DNA of 64,000 nucleotides from the NCBI GenBank assembly GCA_963786955.1, contig CAWBAT010000006.1:320001-384000 (forward strand), read 5' to 3'. The stretch is from an uncultured Acidimicrobiia bacterium (GTDB taxonomy: Bacteria > Acidobacteriota > Terriglobia > Versatilivoradales > Versatilivoraceae). A program made the translations under genes and the position numbers. The notes below the pieces were generated by a model, which ran no database searches, was not told the DNA's origin, and worked only from the letters and a program-made list of their open reading frames with translations. Positions 44,422 through 56,692 of the stretch are shown here, piece by piece; the first letter of the stretch is position 1; each line of letters starts with the position of its first letter.

Positions 44422-45287
44422 ATGACCACTTCTCAATTTGTCCTGGAAGTTGATGAAGCCCATTTCCAGCAGGATGTCATCGACCGGTCAAACGAAGTTC
44501 CTGTCCTGGTAGATTTCTGGGCCTCCTGGTGCGGACCCTGCCGAACACTGAGCCCAATCCTGGATAAATTGGCCAATGAATATCAGGGCGCTTTTGTTCT
44601 GGCCAAAGTCAATACTGAGGAAAATCCAAAAACTGGCCACGGAGTTTGGGATCCAAAGTATTCCAAACTGTGTTCTTTTTAAAAACGGTTAACCGGCAGA
44701 CCAATTTGTTGGAGCCTTGCCAGAGGCTGCCATCCGCAAATTTCTATCCCCGCACTGTCCCAAGGAGGCCGATAAGCTTTTTGTTATGGCTGAACGGATG
44801 ATTCACGATGAACGTCATGAGATGGGAGAGAAACTGCTTCAGGAAATCCTTACTATCGACCCGCTGCATTGGGCCACCCATCTCACACTGGCGAAACTAT
44901 TGATCCGGCTGCAGCGGCCGGATGAAGCACGGCGATCATCTTAATCAATACCCGGCTCGGCTGACGAATACGAAACAGCAGCCCATCTGAAAGACGTGTT
45001 CGTTTTTTTTGAAGAGTGCCAACCAGGCCGGTGGTGAGACAACTTGCCGGCAAAAGCTCGCTCAGAACTCCAGCGACCTGGACGCCCGGATGGGCCTGGC
45101 TTCCTGCCTGGCTTCCCAGGGCCATTATCGCGATGCCCTTGAAGAGTTTCTCACGATTGTCGCCACAGACAAGAATTATCGTGACCAAGAGGCGCGGAAA
45201 TCAATGGTGGCAATTTTTAGCCAGATTGGCGAAAGAAGTGAACTCTCTGAGGAGTACCGCACGAAGCTCGCGAGGACACTGTACTAG
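44422..45287 (+). CDS. cnoX: Chaperedoxin CnoX/YbbN (thioredoxin plus TPR; frameshifted)
   Basis: [27 protein letters not shown]-terminal YR.KLARTLY. Confidence 0.85.
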
Positions 45288-45394
45288 ATCCTTCGTTTTA
45301 TCAAGACGGACACGCGCCTCGCAGGAGATCGACTCTCCAAAGTACCATCATACCTGGAGGACGGAGTTCGACGACGCCGCACTGCCTTGTCAGG

Positions 45395-45802
45395 TCATTC
45401 CGTGGACATTTCCACGAGTATCTTCCAGACCTCTTCGCTGACCGGCATTACTGAAAGTCGCGAGTTCCGCACGAATTCAAAAGCTTTTAGTTTCGGGTGA
45501 CTCTTAATCTCGCTCAGCGGAACAGGGCGGTTAGCCGATGCCGTAATTTGATATCGACAACCACCCGTTTCGGATCCTTCAGCTTCCGATCCGGATAGGG
45601 ATCACTCCCTAGCTCGGCAACTCCGACTGCGGCTTTTTCATTCCCCGTATGATAAATGATGGCCAGATCACCTTTCCGAATCCGGCGAAGATGCTGTAGT
45701 GCCAAATTATTGTTCACTCCACTCCCAAACGGCCTGCTTGTTACGTTCGAGGTCTGAATAAGAATATTCAGACGGTTCGGTTTTTAGTAGCCAATACGCC
45801 AT
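45395..45802 (-). CDS. EVE domain protein (frameshifted)
   Basis: MAYWLLKTEP.EYSY.DL, NNLALQHLR, YHTG.EKA.VG, RLSVMPV. Confidence 0.85.
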
Positions 45803-45818
45803 TTCCATCCCTCAATGA

Positions 45819-46538
45819 TCATTTCTTGGGCGGTTTAGACGGCCGCATTTCCACGCAACTGGCAAGACAACGAGGGTCTTGCCTCAGCAAATCCACTACG
45901 ACCTGAGCGACATCCCCCGGTGAAAGTTTCCAGGAACTGCCTGCTGAAGGGTTATGGCCAAATGCAGTATCGACACTACCCGGCATGATGTAACTCACTC
46001 GAATATTGTCATAGCGCACGTCTTGCATCATGGCTTCACTAAAGCCATTGAGCCCAAATTTGGACGCATTATAGGCCGTGCCGCCTTTGAAGGGATTCTT
46101 TCCTGCCAGACTACTGATATTGATGATATATCCTCCACCGGCCTTCTTCATGTGGGGGATGACTTCATGACAGCAATAGAAAACCCCCGTCAGATTGGTA
46201 TCGATGACTTCTCTCCATTGCTGCGGAGTCATGTCACTGATACTGGCAAAATGTCCTACGCCGGCATTATTGATGAGAATGGTGATCTTGCCAAATCGAT
46301 CCGCCGTGAACTTTACCATCCTGACGACTTGCTCATATTGGCTGACATCGCAAGAAATTCCAGCCACTTTCCCGGGGAACAACTCCTCAATCCCCGCCAA
46401 GGTCCGAGAGACACCGACCTCACTCCGGGCGCAGATGACCACTTTGGCGCCCAGTTCAAGGAGTTGTTCTGCAGTCGCCCTTCCGATACCCTTCGTTCCC
46501 CCGGTGACAATTGCAACCTGATCCGAAAATGGAGTCAT
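45819..46538 (-). CDS. SDR family oxidoreductase
   Basis: TGGTKGIG, NNAG, YNASK, PGSV.T. Confidence 0.92.
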   Translation of the reverse strand: MTPFSDQVAIVTGGTKGIGRATAEQLLELGAKVVICARSEVGVSRTLAGIEELFPGKVAGISCDVSQYEQVVRMVKFTADRFGKITILINNAGVGHFASISDMTPQQWREVIDTNLTGVFYCCHEVIPHMKKAGGGYIINISSLAGKNPFKGGTAYNASKFGLNGFSEAMMQDVRYDNIRVSYIMPGSVDTAFGHNPSAGSSWKLSPGDVAQVVVDLLRQDPRCLASCVEMRPSKPPKK

Positions 46539-46651
46539 TTCTTTTTTCTCCTTCCTTAGAATGTAATCGTCCAAACGCATCCGTCATTTGCCAGGAGCCT
46601 GGACATTCGCATAATCTAGAGGCCCGCACTGCAACCTTTCAATGGTTTGTT

Positions 46652-46704
46652 GTAGCCGGGGCCGCTGGCCCCGGACATGTGCCGGCCTCAGCGAGGCCGG
46701 CTAC
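46652..46704. repeat. GTAG-REP doublet (REPIN)
   Basis: GTAGCCGGGGCCGCTGGCCCCGG..GCCGGCCTCAGCGAGGCCGGCTAC; recurs at 51703 and 51837. Confidence 0.8.
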
Positions 46705-46924
46705 AACAGGCCGGTAGCCCTGCCGTGAAAGGCGTAGTTTTGCCACCTCACTTTAATCCGTAACCTAGCTGTGTCCTCACTTCGGAAAATACATGCGAAT
46801 TCCCCTGCTTCACTCACAAACCCAAAAATTAGAAATTCTGAGATTACACTATTTTATGTTATTAAATACGATGGAGAAAGCAAGTAAGGCTCATCCACTC
46901 AATTGAGGTCTGGCGGAATTTCTA

Positions 46925-47647
46925 ATGAAAGTCTCTCTATTTATTCCTTGTCTGGTCGACCAATTCTTCCCGCAAGTCGGCATGAACCTCTACAAAATCC
47001 TGAAGAAAGCAGGCGCAACCGTTGACTATCCAGCCGAGCAAACCTGCTGTGGCCAACCCGCATTTAACTCAGGGTATCACAGTGAAGCCATTGAGCTCGC
47101 CCAACGATTTCTCGAAGTCTTCCGTTATGCTGACTATATCGTGGCTCCTTCCGGATCCTGCACCAGCATGGTCAAAATCTTTTATCCCGAGATATTGGAT
47201 ACCCCGATGCTTCAGGAGACGTTGCATGAAGTCACTTCAAAGACCTACGAGTTTTCAGACTTTCTGGTCAACGTCATGGGGATTACGGATGTCGGGGCTC
47301 GCTTCCCGCATCGGATCACGTATCACGATGCCTGTCACTTGCTTCGCGAACTCCATGTGAAGGATCCGCCCAGAACTTTGATACGCAACGTCCGCGACAT
47401 TGAATTTGTAGAGTTGGCAAATTCCGAGAATTGTTGCGGATTCGGTGGAACGTTCTCCGTCAAGTATCCCGAAATCTCCACGGCGATGGCTGAAGACAAA
47501 GCCACAGCCATCGCGCAGTCTGGAGCGGAATACGTGGTCGCGAATGATTCGAGCTGTTTGATGCAAATCGCCGGCTACCTCAGTCGCAAGGGAATCCCCA
47601 CCAAACCCCTTCATCTCGTCGATCTGCTGGGGGAGGGCCTCTCTTGA
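46925..47647 (+). CDS. lutA: L-lactate utilisation Fe-S protein LutA/LldE
   Basis: Two CCG domains: CLVD, QTCCGQP, SGSC, YHDACH, CCGFGGTF. Confidence 0.9.
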   Translation: MKVSLFIPCLVDQFFPQVGMNLYKILKKAGATVDYPAEQTCCGQPAFNSGYHSEAIELAQRFLEVFRYADYIVAPSGSCTSMVKIFYPEILDTPMLQETLHEVTSKTYEFSDFLVNVMGITDVGARFPHRITYHDACHLLRELHVKDPPRTLIRNVRDIEFVELANSENCCGFGGTFSVKYPEISTAMAEDKATAIAQSGAEYVVANDSSCLMQIAGYLSRKGIPTKPLHLVDLLGEGLS

Positions 47648-47743
47648 ACCATCCATTTCAGACCATGATTCGTTCCTGCTCCTTATCACCCTTCGCTGCC
47701 TGCTGTTTATTTTTCATTTCGCATTTTTGGTGAACCCTATTTC

Positions 47744-49143
47744 ATGAACCTCACCCCGAGACTCTTCAAAAAATACGCTTCCGAAAACCTGGGCAATGCC
47801 CGTTTGCGTAAAACCTACGGCTCGGCCACCACCCATGCTCTGCAAAAGCGTCTGGACGCCATTCAGGAGGTGCCCGAATGGGAAGATCTTCGTGACAGAG
47901 CCCATGAGATTAAGAAGGATGTGATCAACCATCTCGATTACTATCTCGAGACGTTCGAAAAAAATGTGATTGCCAATGGCGGCAAGGTTTTCTGGGCCAG
48001 AGACGGTGCCGATGCTTCCGAATATGTCTTGAAAGTCGCTCAAGGAATTGGCACGCGGACGATCGTCAAGTCAAAGTCCATGACGACCGAGGAAATCGGT
48101 CTCACGCCAATCTTGGAAAAAAAAGGGATTGAGGTAGTGGAAACCGATCTGGGGGAATACATTATTCAGCTGGCCCATGAGATGCCTTCCCATATCACGG
48201 CCCCGGCGTTACACAAAACACGGGAAGAAGTAGGGGCAGCTTTTCGCGGAGAAGCTTGGAATCCCCTACACTTCTGTCCCTGAGGAGTTGTGTGACGTGG
48301 CGCGTAAAGATTTTAAGAGACAAATTCCTCTCTGCTGAACTGGGAATGTCGGGCGTCAATTTTGCATTGGCAGATACCGGCACCATCGTGGTCGTGGAAA
48401 ATGAAGGCAATGCCCGGCTTTCGACGACGATGCCCCGGATTCATATTGCCGTGATGGGACTTGAAAAAGTCATCCCGCGGTTCACCGATCTTCCCATTTT
48501 TCTCAGACTCTTGGGAAGAAGTTCCACAGGGCAAAAGCAGACCAGTTACGTCTCTCTCATCAGCTCCCCTCGAAAACCGGGGGAGAAAGACGGGCCCGAA
48601 GAATTTCACGTCATTATTCTGGATAACGGAAGGACCGACATCCTGGCCGATCCGAAAATGCGGGAGTCGCTTTTCTGCATTCGTTGCGGCGCTTGCCTCA
48701 ATACCTGCCCGATTTACCAGCGGGTCGGAGGACACACTTATGGTTCAGTCTATTCGGGCCCCATCGGTGCGGTAATTACTCCACTCTTTCAGGGACTCAG
48801 TAACGCCAAAGATCTTCCCTTTGCCTCCTCGCTTTGCGGGGCTTGCTCAGCCATTTGCCCCGTGAAGATTGACATTCACCACATGTTACTGTGGCTGAGG
48901 AAACAGGTGGTCGAAAGCCGGCAGACCCCCTGGCAGGAGCGGTTGGCCATGAAACTTTTTCTCGCGGGCATGAAAGACAGCCGAATTTATTCCTTGGGCT
49001 CATGGGCGCTCAGAGTGGCTCTAAAGTTCTCCGGCAATGCTCTGAAGATCCCGGGTTGGACAGAAACACGCGACTTCCCGGCGCCAGCAGAAAAATCATT
49101 TAAAACGCTTTGGAATGAGATGGAACGGAGGAAAGAAGACTAA
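47744..49143 (+). CDS. lutB: L-lactate utilisation protein LutB/LldF (frameshifted)
   Basis: KSKSM.TEE, ETDLGEYI, PSHI.APALH, NEGNAR, CIRCGACLNTCP, SSLCGAC..CPV.I. Confidence 0.92.
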
Positions 49144-49856
49144 TGTCGGCCTCACGCGCTGAAATTCTAAGGAATATTCGCCTGGCCTTGGCCAAACCGG
49201 CACAGGCCCAACATGATGGGCATCATAAAACGATGGGTGACATGGCGAACCTGTTTCGGTCCGCCTCTGCGAAAGATCATCTGGTCGAGAAGTTTCAAAC
49301 CGAATTCGAATTGGTCAGTGGCGAATTCATTCGTTGTTCCAATGACGAGCAGGCTTTACACGGTTTATGTGAATTGATCCAGAGCGCAGGAGTTCGTACC
49401 GTGGCCATCTCAGACCACACAATTTGCGAACGCTTGCAGCTTAAAGAGGCTTTGCAGGCCGCCCTACCTGAAATCCAAGTTTTTAAGGAATCAATCGACA
49501 GCGAATCCTCCTATGAGAGGCATCATTTGAAAAGGACACTCTCCCATTTCCGGCTCTCTGTTACAGGCGCTGAGTTTCTGATCGCGGAGAGCGGAACCAT
49601 CGTGGTTATTACCGGAGCCCAGGCCAGCCGCCAGATCAGCCTCCTGCCGGAGATCCACGTTGTTCTGGCGACTCCCCAACAAATTTACCCCAACCTGGCC
49701 GAAGCGTTCCAGGTGATTCAAAAAGAAAAACGAACCCATCCTGGAAGCGCCATCACTCTCATCACAGGACCCAGCCGAACTGCGGACATCGAGAAAGTCC
49801 TGATCAAAGGAGTCCATGGCCCTACCCGAATTGTAACGATTATGCTTGAGGCGTAA
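49143..49856 (+). CDS. lutC: L-lactate utilisation protein LutC/LldG
   Basis: AESGT, SLLPE.HV, ITGPSRTADIE..L..GVHGP. Confidence 0.9.
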   Translation: MSASRAEILRNIRLALAKPAQAQHDGHHKTMGDMANLFRSASAKDHLVEKFQTEFELVSGEFIRCSNDEQALHGLCELIQSAGVRTVAISDHTICERLQLKEALQAALPEIQVFKESIDSESSYERHHLKRTLSHFRLSVTGAEFLIAESGTIVVITGAQASRQISLLPEIHVVLATPQQIYPNLAEAFQVIQKEKRTHPGSAITLITGPSRTADIEKVLIKGVHGPTRIVTIMLEA

Positions 49857-50083
49857 GTATGTCGCGTAGATTCGGCGGTTCACACTGCCTTTTCAGTGTG
49901 AACCGTACGCGGGTAAGGCGTAATCGCCGGGCGCGCCGCCATACTGGGGTTTCGGTGAAACCACCTCACCTGATGCCGCATTTCGAAGGGGGCATTTAGA
50001 GATTTTCTCGCATACTGCATTAGAAAGGGGGAAAGTCATTATCCGTCAGCCACGGAATTTCCCTTCCCGTCTCTGGAGTAAAC

Positions 50084-51541
50084 TTAGATTTGATATTTCA
50101 GGTAAACGGTTCTGAGTTCGGTATAAAAATCGATGGCCACGCTTCCCTGCTCGCGGAACCCGGTGCTGGACGCTTTCGTTCCTCCAAAAGGTAACTGATA
50201 TTCGACTCCGGCAGAGGGGAGGTTGACAATGATCAGTCCCGCTTCGATCTTGTTGATATAGGCAAAGACTTTATTCAATTGATTGGTTAGTAAAGAAGCC
50301 GAAAGCCCGAATTTCACATGGTTCGCCATTTGGATCGCTGCCTCAAAATCTTTGACAGGCAGTACCACCAGCACCGGTCCAAAAATCTCCTCTTGGGCAA
50401 TCGTCATCTCCGGGGTGACATTGCCAAAAATGGTGGGCTCGACAAAGTAGCCCTTGTCGTAACCCAGCCCCGTCAGGCGGTTACCCCCACAAAGTAATTG
50501 GGCCCCTTCTTTCTTGCCTACCTCGATATACTTCAAAACCGTTTTTAATTGGTTTTCATCGACGCAGGGGCCCATTTCGATTCCCTTCTCCATCCCGTTC
50601 CCGACTCTCAGCTTCTTCGCCTTTTCCACCAGAATTTTCACAAAATCGTCAAAGATTGCTTCCTCTACAATCGCACGGCTCGTGGCAGTGCACTTCTGGC
50701 CCGTGGAGAAGAAAGCTCCGTTGATCACGATATCGGTAGCCATATTCAAATCGGCATCGCGAAGCACGATGGTGGGATTTTTACCTCCCATTTCCAGTTG
50801 GGTTTTAATCCCCTTCTCGACGGTCTTTTTTTGAATACCGTTTCCTACTCCGCACGACCCGGTAAAAGAGACTGCTTTTACCGCCGAATTCCCAATCATC
50901 TCGTCGCCGACAGTTGATCCTGACCCGGTCACCAGGTTCAGTACCCCTTTCGGAAGGCCAGCCGCATGGAGTGATTCCACCAAACGGACTGTGCATAAAG
51001 GGGCTACCGAAGCCGGTTTAATCACCACGGAATTCCCGGACACTAAAGCAGGAGCCATCTTCCACGCCGGGATGGCGATTGGAAAATTCCAGGGCGTTAA
51101 CAGAGAAACAACCCCGAGGGGTTTCCTGAAAGTATAGGCAAACACTCCCTCTCTCTCGGAAGGAACTGTTTCTCCAGTGAGCCGTGCGCCCTCTCCTCCA
51201 AAATAGCGAAAAATATTAATCGCCCGGCCTACCTCGCCTTTGGCCTCCGGCAGGGTCTTCCCCTCTTCGCGCGTCATTTCTACGGCAACTTCCTCAGCCC
51301 GCTTTTCAAGAATTTCTGCTGCCTTGGAGAGAATTGTTCCCCGATTAGGGGCCGGCATGGCTGCCCAGCCCGGTTGTGCGCTGGCGGCTGCCGAAAAAGC
51401 ATGCCGCACATCCTCGGTGCTCGATGACTGATAGCGGGCGACCTCCTCATCCGTGTTGGCCGGGTTGATACTCGGGAAAGTTTTTCCTGAAGCTGAATTG
51501 ACCCATTCACCATTAATAAAATTGCCGAATATTAAAGCCAT
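50084..51541 (-). CDS. Aldehyde dehydrogenase (alpha-ketoglutaric semialdehyde dehydrogenase-like)
   Basis: TPWNFPIAIP.WK, FTGS, LEMGGKNP, GQKCTA, EEIFGPV, PFGG.K.S. Confidence 0.92.
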   Translation of the reverse strand: MALIFGNFINGEWVNSASGKTFPSINPANTDEEVARYQSSSTEDVRHAFSAAASAQPGWAAMPAPNRGTILSKAAEILEKRAEEVAVEMTREEGKTLPEAKGEVGRAINIFRYFGGEGARLTGETVPSEREGVFAYTFRKPLGVVSLLTPWNFPIAIPAWKMAPALVSGNSVVIKPASVAPLCTVRLVESLHAAGLPKGVLNLVTGSGSTVGDEMIGNSAVKAVSFTGSCGVGNGIQKKTVEKGIKTQLEMGGKNPTIVLRDADLNMATDIVINGAFFSTGQKCTATSRAIVEEAIFDDFVKILVEKAKKLRVGNGMEKGIEMGPCVDENQLKTVLKYIEVGKKEGAQLLCGGNRLTGLGYDKGYFVEPTIFGNVTPEMTIAQEEIFGPVLVVLPVKDFEAAIQMANHVKFGLSASLLTNQLNKVFAYINKIEAGLIIVNLPSAGVEYQLPFGGTKASSTGFREQGSVAIDFYTELRTVYLKYQI

Positions 51542-51702
51542 CGACTAGCACCTCCATGCGAGCAAAATGCAATAAAATTTCATGACTCAGACCGACGCTG
51601 ACGTTTGCCATCTTATGGGTGAGCCGGACTAATGTCAATTGGCGTCCCCTGTTCGCGATAACAACGATTCACGCGGGTCGTGAAATCTTGCGACCAATTG
51701 TT

Positions 51703-51889
51703 GTCGCCGGGACCGCTGGCCCCGGACATGTGCCGGCCTCAGCGAGGCCGGCTACAGCAGGCCGGATGGCCTGTAATTACTAGGTTGTGTAGCGACAGAC
51801 GTCCACGCCTGTCGTGGCATCTTGCAATGATTTGTTGTAGCCGGGGCCGCTGGCCCCGGACATGGGCCGGCCTCAACGAGGCCGGCTAC
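51703..51889. repeat. Cluster of two REP doublets around a GTAGCGACAG..CTGTCG REP
   Basis: Same units as 46652-46704 and 56562-56583. Confidence 0.8.
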
Positions 51890-52090
51890 AGCAGGCCGGA
51901 CGGAATCTACCGGTGAGGCCCATGGTGGCCACCATTAGCAGGTGAGGGCGGAGTAAAGCTGTGTTATGATGAGCAGGAAATTGATAGTTGTATTCCCGCA
52001 TCGACGTCTTGGATTTCATGCGTTAGAATTGAATTAGGTAATGGATGATTTGGATATTTCCGCACCCAAAATCCCTGGGAGAATAGTCTA

Positions 52091-53960
<1,870 letters not shown>

Positions 53961-53961
53961 C

Positions 53962-54255
53962 ATGCTGAGCGCTTCGCAGAAAAAATATCTGAGAGGATTG
54001 GCGCATCACCGGAATCCCTCCGTCCGGGTGGGGAAAAAAGGTGTTGTGGATAGTCTGATCCAATCCGTCGACAGCCAATTGAATGCCCACGAACTGATCA
54101 AAGTAAAATTCGTCAATTGGAAAGACCAGAAGGATTCTTTGTCCGATCAGATTGCCACGCAAACCCAGAGCGAAAACGTGGGGAGTGTCGGGAATATTAC
54201 CATCTTCTATCGAAAGAATTCCGATCCTGAGAAACGGAAGATCGCGATTCCGTAA
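53962..54255 (+). CDS. yhbY: YhbY/CRM RNA-binding protein
   Basis: QKKYLRGLAH, VGK.G, L.AHELIKVK, G....FYR. Confidence 0.9.
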   Translation: MLSASQKKYLRGLAHHRNPSVRVGKKGVVDSLIQSVDSQLNAHELIKVKFVNWKDQKDSLSDQIATQTQSENVGSVGNITIFYRKNSDPEKRKIAIP

Positions 54256-54302
54256 GGGATTCGGTCGTGGATTCCAGAATCCGTGAAAAGTTCCGCATTC
54301 TG

Positions 54303-54863
54303 CTAGATGAACTCGCCAAACAGCTGGCGACTGGGAGCCGGAATCACAATGCGGCTGACAAGCATTCCTTCGTCCGATGCCGCCTTCGACCCGACCGCCA
54401 CCGCGGCTTCAACACTGGCCACATCACCCGTTAATAGAAGGAATCCTTTGCCTCCAACCGCCATGGCTAGATGAACGCGAAACAGCGTAATCTGGGCGCT
54501 TTTGACAGCCGCGTCGGCCGCATCAATAATGCTTGAAGCTGAAAACGTCTCGATAATCCCGAGAGCTTCTTGCTCCTCGGGCTTCAAGTCAACCGCATTG
54601 TAGATGGCTGGGAAAATTGCAGGATGCACTCCGGATATGACTCGCTGCTCAATCAACGCCCCGGTTGACTGTTCCACCCCGGCATTCACGCTTGCCGTTA
54701 CGGCAGCCGTATCCCCGGATACCACAACGAGGTACTTCCCAGAACAAATCGTACGGGCCAACAGTAACTGAACGTTCGCCGCCTTGAGCATGACATCCTG
54801 GACCTGATAGCCTATGCCGATGCTGGTCAACTCCATTAGTCCGATCGTATCAATTGAATTCAT
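54303..54863 (-). CDS. Tandem BMC-domain shell protein, PduT-like
   Basis: Two BMC domains; TICSGKY carries the Cys equivalent to the PduT Fe-S ligand; AADAAVKSA, GGKG..L.TGDV..V. Confidence 0.85.
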   Translation of the reverse strand: MNSIDTIGLMELTSIGIGYQVQDVMLKAANVQLLLARTICSGKYLVVVSGDTAAVTASVNAGVEQSTGALIEQRVISGVHPAIFPAIYNAVDLKPEEQEALGIIETFSASSIIDAADAAVKSAQITLFRVHLAMAVGGKGFLLLTGDVASVEAAVAVGSKAASDEGMLVSRIVIPAPSRQLFGEFI

Positions 54864-54929
54864 GGGTTACGTTTTGTCCTTTGTCGAGCTGCAATGGTGA
54901 AACATCTGCGTTCGTTGGGGTCTAGCGAT

Positions 54930-56222
54930 TCATGCTTCGATGACAACACTGCCATCCACTTTTTGCACCCGCCCGGAAATACTGGCGTGGATGTTGGCGC
55001 CCAATTTCCCTTGAGGAGGGGTGCCGACGAGATCTCCCTCGCGCACCTTTTCCCCGACTTTGACGGTGGGGGTACAGGCCACCCCCGAATGCTGCTTCAG
55101 AGGGATGGCAACACTTTTAGGAATCAATGGGACATCGACGAGCGGACCGGTATTTCGAAATCCGGCTAAACCCAGTTTGTTGATCAATCGGCGGATGGGG
55201 GTGCGCCGGTCGGGGAAAAGCGGGTGCGGATGAACGTCCTCAGCTTTCCCCGTCCATCCCAGCTTTCGCTCCCTGGCAATGGGTTTGTCATGGGCGCAGA
55301 CATCTTTCGGGTCAAGGTCTTCTGGACATGAAATCAAACTGCATAGGTTACATTCACAGCAATACAAAGTACCCGAGATCATGCGATCCTTCTCTGGCGC
55401 AAAGCCAAGGGCCCGCATCGCTTTGTGAGGTTCAATGGGGTGCCCGAGTAAATACCGCGGGCAGAGCTCGGTGCAGAAATTGCACTGGTCGCAAGCTGAT
55501 TTTCCGATGCGATCGACATGAATCCATTCGCGCCGGTAGCGGCCGATCAACAGATGCTGACTGGGCAGAACAAATAACCCGCCCGTGATCTTCGTGACAG
55601 GTTCTTCTAGATTTGGCGCGAGCTTCCCCATCATCGTTCCACCCATGAGCACCTCAAACTGAGGCACTGTTGCTCCGCCTGCAGCCGCAATGACCTCTCG
55701 GATCGACGTTCCAACGGGGATTCTCAACGTAATCGGATTTTCAACGGCCCCGGCAATGGTCAAGTACTTGTGAGTGACCGGTTGCCCGGAGCCAACATTA
55801 ACCAGCGTTTCCACGTTGCAAACCACCGCTCCTACGTCCAAAGGCAATCCTCCCGGTGGGATCACGCGGCCAGTGGCGTCGTAAACCAGAATGAATTCGT
55901 CTCCGGCAGGGTAAGTGTCGGTAAGAGGAAGGATTTCAACACCGGAGGGCAATTGCGGCTCGAGGGCATGAATCACTGCTTCATATTTCCCTTTGACACC
56001 GATAATCGCTTTTCGTGCCCCGACACGCTCCATGCAGAGGCGCAGCCCCTTAAACATGTCCTGGGCACGGTGAATGAGTAATTCTTTGTCTTTATGAAGC
56101 AGCGGTTCACACTCAGCCGCATTTACAAGGAAGACTTCTGCCTTGGAGTTCATTTTCACAGAGGTTGGGAAACCTGCCCCTCCGGCGCCTACAACTCCGC
56201 ATTCAGCAATTGAATCACTCAC
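54930..56222 (-). CDS. PduS/RnfC-like flavin Fe-S oxidoreductase
   Basis: GVVGAGGAGFPT, NAAECEPLL, YPAGDE, SLBB region, CDQCNFCTELCP, CCECNLCS..SCP, C-terminal P.KQH.G..C.P and IHASISG. Confidence 0.87.
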   Translation of the reverse strand: MSDSIAECGVVGAGGAGFPTSVKMNSKAEVFLVNAAECEPLLHKDKELLIHRAQDMFKGLRLCMERVGARKAIIGVKGKYEAVIHALEPQLPSGVEILPLTDTYPAGDEFILVYDATGRVIPPGGLPLDVGAVVCNVETLVNVGSGQPVTHKYLTIAGAVENPITLRIPVGTSIREVIAAAGGATVPQFEVLMGGTMMGKLAPNLEEPVTKITGGLFVLPSQHLLIGRYRREWIHVDRIGKSACDQCNFCTELCPRYLLGHPIEPHKAMRALGFAPEKDRMISGTLYCCECNLCSLISCPEDLDPKDVCAHDKPIARERKLGWTGKAEDVHPHPLFPDRRTPIRRLINKLGLAGFRNTGPLVDVPLIPKSVAIPLKQHSGVACTPTVKVGEKVREGDLVGTPPQGKLGANIHASISGRVQKVDGSVVIEA

Positions 56223-56326
56223 TGGGTATCCCTCAAAATTTGATCTATCAAGACAGACGGCCCGAAACCGTTCATACAATAACATCGAACCGGACGAGTG
56301 CCAAGAATTGTCCCGAAAGGATCTTT

Positions 56327-56583
56327 GTAGCGACCGGCGTTGTAGCCGGGGCCGATGGCCCCGGAAATGGACAGGCCGCGAGGCCTGTCTTTACCGTGTT
56401 TCCGTTGCGACCGGCGTTGTAGCCGGGGCCGATGGCCCCGGAAATGGACAGGCCGGGAGGCCTGTCTCTACCCTGTTTCCGTACCGACAGGCGTTGTAGC
56501 CGGGGCCGATGGCCCCGGAAATGGACAGGCCGGGAGGCCTGTCTCTACCCTGTTTCCGTACCGACAGGCGTCCACGCCTGTCG
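56327..56583. repeat. Three tandem 77-bp composite REP units plus a terminal palindrome
   Basis: Unit CGAC(C/A)GGCGTTGTAGCCGGGGCCGATGGCCCCGGAAATGGACAGGCCG(C/G)GAGGCCTGTCT...; period 77 (ORF-track starts 56355/56432/56509). Confidence 0.9.
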
Positions 56584-56692
56584 AGCCGCGCGCTGTTGCA
56601 CTATTTCTGCTCTTCGAACATCCTTGTTCGAAGGACTCTTAGACTCTATAATCCCGCTACTTCAATCCGTTTAGGGGTTGGGAGGATACATC

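Noticed and set aside
44689-44693. In-frame TAA in cnoX as possible recoding
   Set aside because: Single instance at a position expected to be Lys/Gln in an error-rich gene; other genes use TAA as a normal stop
49866-50070. Hairpins between lutC and ALDH as a possible ncRNA
   Set aside because: CGGTTCACAC..GTGTGAACCG and neighbours fit REP/terminator-like palindromes between convergent genes; no known RNA family motif was seen
56327-56583. Possible CRISPR array
   Set aside because: Units are nearly identical over their full 77 bp with no unique spacers, they are built from REP hairpins found elsewhere, and no cas genes are present
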